Assembly (NCBI GenBank): GCA_965661025.1
Contig: CBFICG010000001.1
Location: 1-58,306 of the forward strand
Reading direction: 5' to 3'
Source of the DNA: Flavobacteriaceae bacterium
GTDB taxonomy: Bacteria > Bacteroidota > Bacteroidia > Flavobacteriales > Flavobacteriaceae
Length of the DNA stretch: 58,306 nucleotides
The position numbers and the translations under genes were made by a program. Of the stretch, positions 47,607 through 57,100 are shown piece after piece. The first letter of the stretch is position 1; each line of letters starts with the position of its first letter. The notes below the pieces were generated by a model. The model saw only the letters and a program-made list of their open reading frames with translations. It was not told the DNA's origin and did not search any database.

Positions 47607-48644
47607 ATGCAACTGTACAATACATTAAGCGCACAAGAACGCGCTGCCTTGATAGACGCGGCAGGTGAAGACCGCTTGACCTTGTCTTTTTATGCCTACG
47701 CACACGTTGGTAATCCGCAAGTGCTACGGGATCATCTTTTTATTGCGTGGAATGCATTAGACGTCTTGGGGCGTATTTATGTTGCACACGAAGGTATAAA
47801 TGCACAGCTTTCGGTGCCGGCACCTAAATTTGATGCTTTTAAAACACATTTGGACAGCATTGCTTTTTTAAATGGTATTCGGCTTAATATTGCTGTTGAG
47901 CAAGACAATAAATCTTTCTTAAAACTCAAAGTTAAAGTGCGCAATAAAATTGTTGCAGATGGTTTGAATGACGATACTTTTGATGTAACCAATAAAGGTG
48001 TTCATTTGAGTGCTGCCGAGTTTAATGCCCTTACCAGTCAGAACGATACCATAGTGGTGGATATGCGCAATCATTACGAAAGTGAAATTGGTCATTTTGA
48101 AGGTGCCATAACACCCGATGTGGATACCTTCCGCGACTCCTTACCCATCATAGAACAAGATCTTTCTGAACATAAAGAAGATAAAAACCTCGTGATGTAT
48201 TGCACTGGTGGTATTCGTTGTGAAAAAGCTAGCGCCTACTTTAAACACAAAGGCTTTAAAAAAGTCTATCAGCTTGAGGGCGGCATCATTGAGTATACCC
48301 GGCAGGTTAACAATCAAGGTCTGGAAAACAAATTTATTGGAAAGAATTTTGTGTTTGACGATCGCCGTAGCGAAACCATTTCGGAAGATGTAATTGCTAC
48401 TTGTCATCAATGTGGTACGCCGTGCGACACGCACGTCAATTGTGCCAACGAAGCCTGTCATTTGTTGTTTATTCAATGTCCATCTTGTGCGGAAAAATTT
48501 AACCACTGCTGCTCCGATGCTTGTGCCGAAATTATTGCATTGCCCGAAGCCGAGCAGAAAGCATTGCGTAAAGGCAAACACAACAGCAACAAAATCTTTA
48601 AAAAGGGACGCGCCCATCACTTAAAGACGGTTCATCAGTCGTGA
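47607..48644 (+). CDS. trhO: Rhodanese-domain tRNA uridine(34) hydroxylase (UPF0176/YceA family)
   Basis: Rhodanese active-site loop YCTGGIRCEK and a C-terminal Cys-rich tail CHQCGTPC...C...C. Confidence 0.8.
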   Translation: MQLYNTLSAQERAALIDAAGEDRLTLSFYAYAHVGNPQVLRDHLFIAWNALDVLGRIYVAHEGINAQLSVPAPKFDAFKTHLDSIAFLNGIRLNIAVEQDNKSFLKLKVKVRNKIVADGLNDDTFDVTNKGVHLSAAEFNALTSQNDTIVVDMRNHYESEIGHFEGAITPDVDTFRDSLPIIEQDLSEHKEDKNLVMYCTGGIRCEKASAYFKHKGFKKVYQLEGGIIEYTRQVNNQGLENKFIGKNFVFDDRRSETISEDVIATCHQCGTPCDTHVNCANEACHLLFIQCPSCAEKFNHCCSDACAEIIALPEAEQKALRKGKHNSNKIFKKGRAHHLKTVHQS

Positions 48645-49123
48645 CAAAAATAGTTTTTCTTATTGCCTCAATATTTCTATTGGTGAGTTGTTCCAGCCCG
48701 TCAGACCTGCTGTTTGAAACCCTTCCAAAAAAGGGATGGGCGCAAGACCAATGGGTAACATTTAGCCATACGCACCGCCTGCCCGAAAAAGAGGTTTCTC
48801 TAGATTGGATATTACGCCACGACGATGATTACCCCTTTTCAAATATTCATTTAATTGTAAATTGGCACAGCCCAAAAGGTATTGAGGGAACCGACACACT
48901 TAGCTATATGTTGGCGCAGCCCAACGGCAAATGGTTGGGTAAAGGGCTTTATATTAAAGAACATCTTTTGCCTTTTTCGGAACGCTTTTTGTTCAATGCG
49001 CCTGGAATATACCAGTTTCGCATCCGCCCCGCAGTGCGTGCTACCGACATGTTGGTTGCCGATAGTATATTACCTGGAATCCATCAAATTGGACTTGCTA
49101 TAAACCCCATATTAAATGAATAG
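48641..49123 (+). CDS. gldH: Gliding motility lipoprotein GldH
   Basis: Lipobox LLVSCSS in a 160-aa protein, with DDDYPFSNIHLIV and TDTLSYMLAQPNGKWLGKG regions. These resemble the Flavobacterium GldH pattern as I recall it. Confidence 0.7.
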   Translation: MTKIVFLIASIFLLVSCSSPSDLLFETLPKKGWAQDQWVTFSHTHRLPEKEVSLDWILRHDDDYPFSNIHLIVNWHSPKGIEGTDTLSYMLAQPNGKWLGKGLYIKEHLLPFSERFLFNAPGIYQFRIRPAVRATDMLVADSILPGIHQIGLAINPILNE

Positions 49124-51422
49124 AAAAAAAGGATACGGAAAATTTATACGGCTAATATGGATTGCCCTTGGAGGTATTGTAATGGGTATTGTTTCCATTT
49201 TTGGTGCTGCATCGTTAGGGCTCCTAGGGCCTATGCCCGATTTCCGTCAGTTGGAAAACCCAAAAACAAACTTGGCAACGCAAATTATTTCTGCTGATGA
49301 TACCGTTTTGGGCAAGTTTTATTTTAACGATAATCGCACGCCTATTTCATTTGATGAAATTCCAAAAGAAATGATTGAAGCACTTGTTGCTACAGAAGAT
49401 GAACGTTTTTATACACACTCAGGAATAGATTTTCGTGGTACAGCTCGCGCCTTATTTTATTTGGGTAAAAAAGGGGGGGCTAGCACCATTACACAACAAC
49501 TTGCAAGACAGCTTTTTGTCGGAGTGCGCTCGCGTAATACTTTTCAAGCAATTACCCAAAAAATCAAAGAATGGGTTATTGCTATTCGTTTAGAGCGTCG
49601 CTATACCAAAAACGAAATCATCGCTATGTATCTCAACATTTATGATTTTAACTATAATGCTGATGGGCTGCGTTCGGCGAGTTCTATATACTTTTCAAAA
49701 AAGCCAAGTGAATTGGATTTAAGCGAATCCGCAATGCTGGTGGGAATGTTAAAAAATTCATCCTTATACAACCCCCTTAGAAGACCAGAGATGGTACGCG
49801 AGAGGCGGAATATTGTGTATCAACAAATGTTACGCAATAAGCTCCTAAACGAAAAAGAACGTGATTCACTAGCTGCGCTTCCCATTGCACTTGACTTTAA
49901 CCCACAATCACATCGTGAAGGTATTGCCACATATTTTAGAGCTTATTTACAACAATTCATGCGGGATTGGATTGCCAAAAACCCCAAAGAAGATGGTACC
50001 TATTACAACTTATACTTAGACGGGCTTAGTATTTACACTACAATAGACTCTAGATTACAAACTTATGCCGAGGCTGCTGTAGCGAAGCATATGCCCAACT
50101 TACACCGCGAATTTTTTAGACAAAACGCACCTCAATACAATGAAAAAGCGCCGTTTTTAGATGTAGAAAATCGTGAGATTGAAAACATCATGAATCAAGC
50201 GAAACGCAGGTCTGAACGTTGGCGCAAAATGAAAATACAAGGGCATGATGAAGAAACCATTTTAGCCAGTTTTGAACACCCCACACAAATGGAAGTGTTT
50301 AGCTGGAGCGGAGATATTGATACTGTAATGACCCCTACCGACTCCATCAGATATTACAAGCATTTTTTACATGCGGGCATGATGTCTATGGAGCCACAAA
50401 CAGGTCACGTAAAGGCTTGGGTTGGAGGCATTAATTACCGTCATTTTCAATTTGATCACGTGATGCAAGGCAAACGGCAAATTGGGTCAACATTCAAGCC
50501 TTTTGTCTATGCTTCTGCTATTGATCAACTAAAAGTTTCTCCCTGTGACTCATTACCTGACGGCTACTACTGCGTGGAGCCCGCCAAGTTTGGTGCGCAC
50601 GATGCCTGGTGTCCGAAAAATTCGGGAGATCGTTATATTGGAAAACGCACCCTAAAAAATGCCCTTGCCAATTCTGTAAATACTATAAGTGCACGATTGA
50701 TTGATAAGGTGGGTACAAGGCCTGTTGTAAACTTGGTTCGAAATTTGGGTGTGAGTTCCCCTATTCCTAATGTCCCAGCCATTGCATTGGGCTCCGCTGA
50801 TTTGAGTGTGTATGAAATGGTTGGTGCGTATGCATCTTTTGCAAATAAAGGGATTTATGTGAAGCCTGTTCTAGTAACGCGAATCGAAGACAAGAACGGA
50901 ACGGTTATTTATCAAGCGGCCCCTGAAACTAAGGATGTATTGAGTGAGGAGTCTGCCTACGTAACCTTAAAACTACTTGAAGGGGTTACAGCATCGGGTT
51001 CTGGTGTGCGTTTGCGGCACCGAGGTGCAGATAAAACCAATCCAATTTTTAGAGATATTGTGACGGGATATCCCTATGAGTTTGACAATCCAATTGCTGG
51101 TAAAACTGGAACTACTCAAAACCAAAGTGACGGTTGGTTTATTGGTATGGTGCCTAATTTGGCTACTGGTGTTTGGGTAGGTGGAGAAGACAGATCTATA
51201 CACTTTGAAACCATTGCATATGGTCAGGGCGCTACCATGGCGCTTCCCATTTGGGCGAATTATATGAAGTCTTGCTATGCAGATTCTACTTTAGTGGTTT
51301 CAAAAGATGCGTTTGAAGCACCCGATTATGTTTCCATTCCCCTAGATTGTGATTCGTTATCTGTTTCCCGTCAACAAAAATCCTTTTTTGAAGACGAAGA
51401 CCTAAGTGATTTAGGATTTTAA
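49116..51422 (+). CDS. mrcA: Penicillin-binding protein 1A (bifunctional transglycosylase/transpeptidase)
   Basis: GT51 motifs EDERFYTHSGID and GASTITQQLARQ. Transpeptidase motifs STFKP (SxxK), SVN and KTGTT. Confidence 0.95.
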   Translation: MNRKKGYGKFIRLIWIALGGIVMGIVSIFGAASLGLLGPMPDFRQLENPKTNLATQIISADDTVLGKFYFNDNRTPISFDEIPKEMIEALVATEDERFYTHSGIDFRGTARALFYLGKKGGASTITQQLARQLFVGVRSRNTFQAITQKIKEWVIAIRLERRYTKNEIIAMYLNIYDFNYNADGLRSASSIYFSKKPSELDLSESAMLVGMLKNSSLYNPLRRPEMVRERRNIVYQQMLRNKLLNEKERDSLAALPIALDFNPQSHREGIATYFRAYLQQFMRDWIAKNPKEDGTYYNLYLDGLSIYTTIDSRLQTYAEAAVAKHMPNLHREFFRQNAPQYNEKAPFLDVENREIENIMNQAKRRSERWRKMKIQGHDEETILASFEHPTQMEVFSWSGDIDTVMTPTDSIRYYKHFLHAGMMSMEPQTGHVKAWVGGINYRHFQFDHVMQGKRQIGSTFKPFVYASAIDQLKVSPCDSLPDGYYCVEPAKFGAHDAWCPKNSGDRYIGKRTLKNALANSVNTISARLIDKVGTRPVVNLVRNLGVSSPIPNVPAIALGSADLSVYEMVGAYASFANKGIYVKPVLVTRIEDKNGTVIYQAAPETKDVLSEESAYVTLKLLEGVTASGSGVRLRHRGADKTNPIFRDIVTGYPYEFDNPIAGKTGTTQNQSDGWFIGMVPNLATGVWVGGEDRSIHFETIAYGQGATMALPIWANYMKSCYADSTLVVSKDAFEAPDYVSIPLDCDSLSVSRQQKSFFEDEDLSDLGF

Positions 51423-51884
51423 TGGATCGCCGTGTATTGCTAATTGACTGTTATAATACCGCTTATCTCCCGTGACTTCCGTTCCAATCCAATCTGGTAA
51501 TTGAATTTTTTGATTTGGGCTTTCGAGTTCGATTTCAGCAAGTGCTAGCCCCGATAATGCCCCCTCAAAAACGTCTACCTCAAATAGGTAATCCAGAAAG
51601 GGAACGTGATAGCGGGTTTTTTCAATGCCTCCAGCAAGACAAAGCGGAAGTAAGGTGTTTGCATCATTTAGTGAAAGTTTTTTTTCCCACTCCACGCGAG
51701 TGGTCCCATCAGCTGAGGAAGCTCCTTTAACAGTCAAAAAGGCGCGGTCATTTTGAATGCGCAAACGAACCGTTCGGGAAGGATCTACGGAAATATAACC
51801 TTGATACATGGTGTAAGACGCCGTTGCTATGTCAAGGCACGCTTGTAGGTTGCTGATTAAAAACTTACGTTCAATTTCTACCAT
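51411..51884 (-). CDS. CYTH domain protein (triphosphate tunnel metalloenzyme)
   Basis: Starts MVEIERKFLI (ExExK motif); 157 aa. Confidence 0.8.
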   Translation of the reverse strand: MVEIERKFLISNLQACLDIATASYTMYQGYISVDPSRTVRLRIQNDRAFLTVKGASSADGTTRVEWEKKLSLNDANTLLPLCLAGGIEKTRYHVPFLDYLFEVDVFEGALSGLALAEIELESPNQKIQLPDWIGTEVTGDKRYYNSQLAIHGDPLKS

Positions 51885-51923
51885 TTTAGCTTTTAGCCAA
51901 AGTACAAAATTGAACGCAATGGC

Positions 51924-52136
51924 CTACCATTCGTTAACTTCCTTAAACAAATAATTTAAGGAAATAGAATAGGCTTCACGGTAGTCATCCATTTGCACAT
52001 CTGCATCGTTATATGAAATATTCTTATTGGTGCAGTAGCTTTCAAATGAATCCTTTATGAGCTTATCTATTTGGTCTTGCAACAAATGGTTGTTTATCAA
52101 GCATATTTTATAATGTTCTAGATCTATGCGCTTCAT
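51924..52136 (-). CDS. Small hypothetical protein (70 aa), no signal peptide
   Basis: ATG-initiated ORF 39 nt upstream of the CYTH gene. The context is AT-rich, no homology is recognised, and coding status is unproven. Confidence 0.3.
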   Translation of the reverse strand: MKRIDLEHYKICLINNHLLQDQIDKLIKDSFESYCTNKNISYNDADVQMDDYREAYSISLNYLFKEVNEW

Positions 52137-52273
52137 ACTTTTTGCATTTATACAATTTTATTTATGGTGCTTTAAAAAAAGCACAACATATTGTTAACGA
52201 ATTGTTTAGTGATTAACAGTTTTAAACGATGCTAAATGTATATAAACAATTGATATTGAATAAATTATAAAAA

Positions 52274-52288
52274 AAGAGGGATGCTCTT
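52274..52288 (-). terminator. Weak hairpin plus T-tract downstream of the S1/P1 nuclease gene
   Basis: On the minus strand, AAGAG-CATCC-CTCTT is followed by a T-run. The stem is only 5 bp. Confidence 0.3.
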
Positions 52289-52326
52289 ATCAACAATTTT
52301 TCGCCGCTTTTGGAAGCAAGGAGGCT

Positions 52327-53118
52327 TTAGGAAGCATCAGCGGAATCAAAAATGGTGTTGAGAGTAGCTGCCAACCGAAGTCCTCCCTCTAATAACCGAG
52401 TCCGAACCGTATCAAAGTGCTGATAGTGATATACATATCCCAAAGCTGCATGCTCAGCTGAATTGGCATAAATCATATTTGCCAAATCTTGCGATTCATG
52501 AGCCCAGTCCAGTAATGGTGCCTTCATGCAATTTTCTTTTTCTTGCTCTGAGCGTTTGGGTAGGTGTGCAGCAAGCTCTGTATAACTCATGTTGTAATGA
52601 TCAATCAAATCCGTATCCCACAAGCGATGCAAATTGGTAGGCTCACCAAACCATGTAAGTTTGAAGTTATTCCCTCCGCGGTCCGCTTTTCTTCCTACGT
52701 GCATAGGTTGATGAATATCGCCAATAAAATGTACCAGTAGTTTAAGGTAAAATGCTTTGTCTGCCATAGTGCTCTCTTGAGATTTAAGAACTTCTATGCA
52801 GTGTTCTATTGCCGTAATGATATCGCCATTCGGGTTTTTTTCCGCTTCTGGATAACGCACATCCTTATCCATATTGACATAATGCCATGGTGCGAGATAG
52901 TCGTATCGGCTGTCAGAGCGAATTTCGTCAGCATATGTAGATACAAAAGCCAATGACATACCACCCAGAAGTGTATCTACAGCTGCAGCTGTTTTTGGTG
53001 TAAGGTGTTCTTGCGCTACTTGTCCAATAACGCGGTGTCCTGTTTTACCCCAATCTTCAGCAAAAGCTAGCTGAGAGAAAAGGACTATAAAAAACAGAAA
53101 GCATTGTACTCGATTCAT
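52327..53118 (-). CDS. Secreted S1/P1 family nuclease
   Basis: Signal peptide then WGKTGHRVIG, plus HFIGDIHQPMH and LHRLWD zinc-ligand motifs. Confidence 0.85.
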   Translation of the reverse strand: MNRVQCFLFFIVLFSQLAFAEDWGKTGHRVIGQVAQEHLTPKTAAAVDTLLGGMSLAFVSTYADEIRSDSRYDYLAPWHYVNMDKDVRYPEAEKNPNGDIITAIEHCIEVLKSQESTMADKAFYLKLLVHFIGDIHQPMHVGRKADRGGNNFKLTWFGEPTNLHRLWDTDLIDHYNMSYTELAAHLPKRSEQEKENCMKAPLLDWAHESQDLANMIYANSAEHAALGYVYHYQHFDTVRTRLLEGGLRLAATLNTIFDSADAS

Positions 53119-53123
53119 ATAAA

Positions 53124-54125
53124 TTATAAAATCCCACGAATAGTGGTTGGACGGTACTCATCGCTTAGAATATCGATGCCAAGAGTGAATTGATGAAATC
53201 CCGAAGTGTTGATTTTTATGTTTCCCATACCAACCGTATAGGTATACGAAAACGACCACCTATTATGCCGAATACCTAAAATAGCTGAAAGTTGCGTAAA
53301 AGGCTCGCTATAAGGGGTAGTATTGTTATTGGTAAGTGTATTTGTGAGTCCTTTTCGGTACGAAGCGCCCACCCAGAGCTGTGTATCGCGAATACTGTGA
53401 TGCGATTTTAAATTAATATCAACATTTGGTCTATCTACATATTGAATATAATCTACCAAAACAGAGGGCTCAAGTGCCCAGTCGGGTTGAATTTCAAAAA
53501 AGTTTCCTATAGAGGCTAACATCCGTATCGGGTTATTTAGTACCACCTGATCGGTGATGTTTTTTCCTACAAACAACAGGTTTTGAATGGTTAAATGCCC
53601 ATAGAGTGACATAAAATTATAAGAAAGTCCTACATCAACAAATATACTTGAGCTATTCACATTAGCGCCTCCAATTAGGGGATCGGTTGTGGGTTTAAAA
53701 GAAGATTGATCATGGCGGTGGAAAGAGCCCCCGGCTGAAAGACCAAAAGAAAGTTGATTTACATCTGCTCGGCTTCTGTAAAAATTGATGTGATGCGCAT
53801 AGGTTCCTTGAAACCCAAGCTGTGATTGAAATCCATTTTTATCGTGAAAAAACAATCCTCCCACTCCCGATCTGTCTCCTACTCTAGCATGCGCGTTTAA
53901 GGTTTGTACGGCAGGTGCGTTAGCAATCCCAAGCCATTGTGTTCTGTAAGCGGTTCGGACTTTTAAGCCCTCATAGTGCGCGCCAGCCATAGCAGGATGC
54001 AAAACGTAGTAATTATCGGTAAGATAGTCGTTGTAAATCGGCATGCGATACTGTGCTTTCGTTGCAAAAAAACACAGCATAAACAAGCACAAAAAAAAAG
54101 GGTTTGGTAGCGACTTAATGCACAT
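53124..54125 (-). CDS. Type IX secretion PorP/SprF family outer-membrane protein
   Basis: N-terminus AQYRMPIYNDYLTDNYYVLHPAMAG matches the PorP/SprF consensus (Q..P.Y..Y..N....NPA.AG). It is a 333-aa beta-barrel-like protein. Confidence 0.8.
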   Translation of the reverse strand: MCIKSLPNPFFLCLFMLCFFATKAQYRMPIYNDYLTDNYYVLHPAMAGAHYEGLKVRTAYRTQWLGIANAPAVQTLNAHARVGDRSGVGGLFFHDKNGFQSQLGFQGTYAHHINFYRSRADVNQLSFGLSAGGSFHRHDQSSFKPTTDPLIGGANVNSSSIFVDVGLSYNFMSLYGHLTIQNLLFVGKNITDQVVLNNPIRMLASIGNFFEIQPDWALEPSVLVDYIQYVDRPNVDINLKSHHSIRDTQLWVGASYRKGLTNTLTNNNTTPYSEPFTQLSAILGIRHNRWSFSYTYTVGMGNIKINTSGFHQFTLGIDILSDEYRPTTIRGIL

Positions 54126-54169
54126 GCCAAGATTTCATATATTCGCCCAAGTTACGCAAACCTATTAAA

Positions 54170-57100
54170 ATGCGCTTGAATGCCATAAAATTTATCTTAG
54201 TTTTTGTTCTCTCAACATGGGCTACAAACGCTGTTTATGGGCAATTAAGTAAGGTGCATTACATTCCGCCGATTTCTATCTCTCAAGAAGTAGGGAATAA
54301 CACGCCTCAAGAGCAGTGGATTTATATTTCAACTCCAAGTAAGTCCAGTGTTTCATACACCATTACACCTATTGGTAGTACATCCGCTGATTTTGTAGTA
54401 TCAAACACTAGACCCATGAAGCATGATGTATTGTCTTTTGCTTCAGGCGGAAGTGGTTATGACAGCCAACTCATAGTTAGCAGCAACATTGGTGGTTCAA
54501 TAGGAGAAACTGGCGTTGCTTTATACGACAAAGGGTTTTTAATTGAGGCAGAACAGCCCATTTATGTTTCTGTGCGATTAGCAAGTTCTGCTCAAGCCGG
54601 AGCATTAGTGAGCAAGGGTGAAAATGGCTTAGGACAAGAATTTTTGTTGGGGTCATTTGACAACAATGTGAGTAATTCAAATGGTTTAGCTAATTTCTTC
54701 TCATTCTTAGCTACCGAAGACGATACAGACATTACCATAACGTTTCCAAAAACAGTCTCTTTAGAAAACCATTCCGGAAGCTATCCCGTTGAGGTAAAGC
54801 TAAACAAAAATGCCTCGTATGTTGGGTTTTTAGATGTTAGTTCACTTGCTGGAAATAAAGATGGTTTATTGGGAGCAAAAATTACATCAAACAAACCCAT
54901 TGTTGTAAATACGGGAAGTGCTTCCGGTACTAACTCTTTCGGTGGAGGTAGGGACTTCGGCATAGACCAAATCCTAGATACGCGCTTTGCTGGTGAAGAA
55001 TACATTTTTGTGCGTGGAGACGGTAGTGATGCGTGGGAAAATGTAATGCTTATACCAACAGAATCAGGAACTTCAATTGAAATTAACAACAATGCTGCGA
55101 TTCCTATAACTAACTCTTATTACATCATTGAAGGGGATAAATATATTGGGCAAAGTATGTATGTTAAAAGTGACAAGCCAATTGTTGCTTATCAAAGCAT
55201 TGGAGCGCAATTTGGGTATGAGCCAAATCAAGGGATGTTTTATGTACCTCCTCTTAGCTGTTCGAGTCGTGGAGATGTAGACAATATTCCACTTATTGAT
55301 GAAATCGGTACAGGGGGATGGTATGGCAAAATCTCCATTGTGGCAAAAACAGGTTCTCAAGTTTACGTCAATAGCACCCTTATGAGTGGAGGAACGCCTG
55401 TGCAAGCAAATAATGAGTATTCTACATATGTAATTGATAATTTATCAGATAGTACATATAGTGTTCAAAGTGATGATGAATTATATGTATCTTATTATAG
55501 CTACAGCGGTGCAGCTTCATCGGGAAGTTTTTTTTCAGGTTTTGTTACTGAGCCTCTTATTCAAAGCGACATAACCGCATCGCTATTAGGAACATGTGTT
55601 AATGAAGATGGGACGTCTAACTCATTACTAACCACAACTTCTGGTTTTGATAGCTACACATGGGAAAAATTAGTTGATGAAACTACTGATAGCCACAATG
55701 TAGAATCTAACGCTAAAGACTTTGAGCCCACAAGTCCTGGGAAATATAGGTTAATTGGTACATTAAACTGTTTTCCTGATAAACAATATGTTTCGGACTA
55801 CATTACAGTAAGTTTATGTCCAAGTGATTTTGACAGTGACGGCATACCAGATACCATAGATTTGGATACTGACAATGACGGCATACTAAATTCATTTGAG
55901 TCGTTAGGTAATGGAACTATTGATCTTAGTGATCCGCTAAAGCCCCTTATTTCGCTACCTAACAATCCCAGTAACAGTATCGAAAGTAGTGCTGTTATAA
56001 CCCCTACAGGAGCATCCATTTATGGAAGTCCTACAGGAGAATTTTCTTCCGAAATACAATTTACAGGTATAGATGAAAAAACCACCTACACCCTAAATTC
56101 TATTATCCCTTCTAACGAACCCTTTAATATTCGAATCCGTGAAGTGGGAGGGGTTGTAGATAACGAGTTTGAAACCATCACCCTTACTGTGTCTCCAGCT
56201 ACAGAGAACATAACACTTATAGATCCGGGAGAAAGACTTCTTGTTGATAATGGAGGAGGTTTTAAGAGAGTTCCCAGTGGTGGGGTTTCAGGAAACCAAA
56301 TTAAATTTATTTATAATTCAACCCCTTTAGACGCTAGCCGCCCTTATGAAATTTTAGGCGTTAACATTACAGGTGTTGAACTTTTTCATGAGCTAAGTGC
56401 TTCCGCAACAAAAAATGCGCTTCTTAATCTCCAAATAGATATTATTGATTACCGTCTCGATACTGACGGGGACGGAGATATTGATGCATATGATAACGAC
56501 AGCGATGATGACAATTGTAGTGATATGATTGAGGCAGGTCATGGCCAACTTACAGAAGTTGTAAATGCATTTTATGACTCAAACAATCCAGATGCTAATA
56601 TTGACATACGCGGGCGCTTTGTTTTTAATGACTATACTTATTTACAAATTCCCTTAGACAACGACAACAATAGTATTTTCGATTTCCAAGAGGCAGGCAC
56701 ACCTGCTACTCTTTCTAAAAACTTTGCCACTACTAGTGCGGTGCGCTGCGAAGGAGAATCGCTTACTTTAACACTAGAAACTACCGATAGTGATTCGGTA
56801 CTTTGGGAGGTAGATACTGATGCCGACGGTATCTTTGAGCCTGCAGCCCCACTAGGAACAATTAGTGATAACGGGGAGGTTTATGAATTTAAGATTGATA
56901 ATGTTACAACCGCGCTAGACCAAGCTGTTTTCCGTGCCCGCCTTAGTAAAAACACCTATGCCTGTACTACAGATACTGACCTGTTTACGCTTACTGTTAA
57001 TGACAATACAACAAAACCAAACTTAGAACCACTTACCGTTGTATGTTATGGGGCTACTGTAGGGGACTTAAATGTCCCAAATGTTGTATGGTATGCCGCC

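Noticed and set aside
48141-48620. 159-aa minus-strand ORF
   Set aside because: It is fully antisense to trhO, which has clear rhodanese and Cys-rich motifs, and its own sequence has no features.
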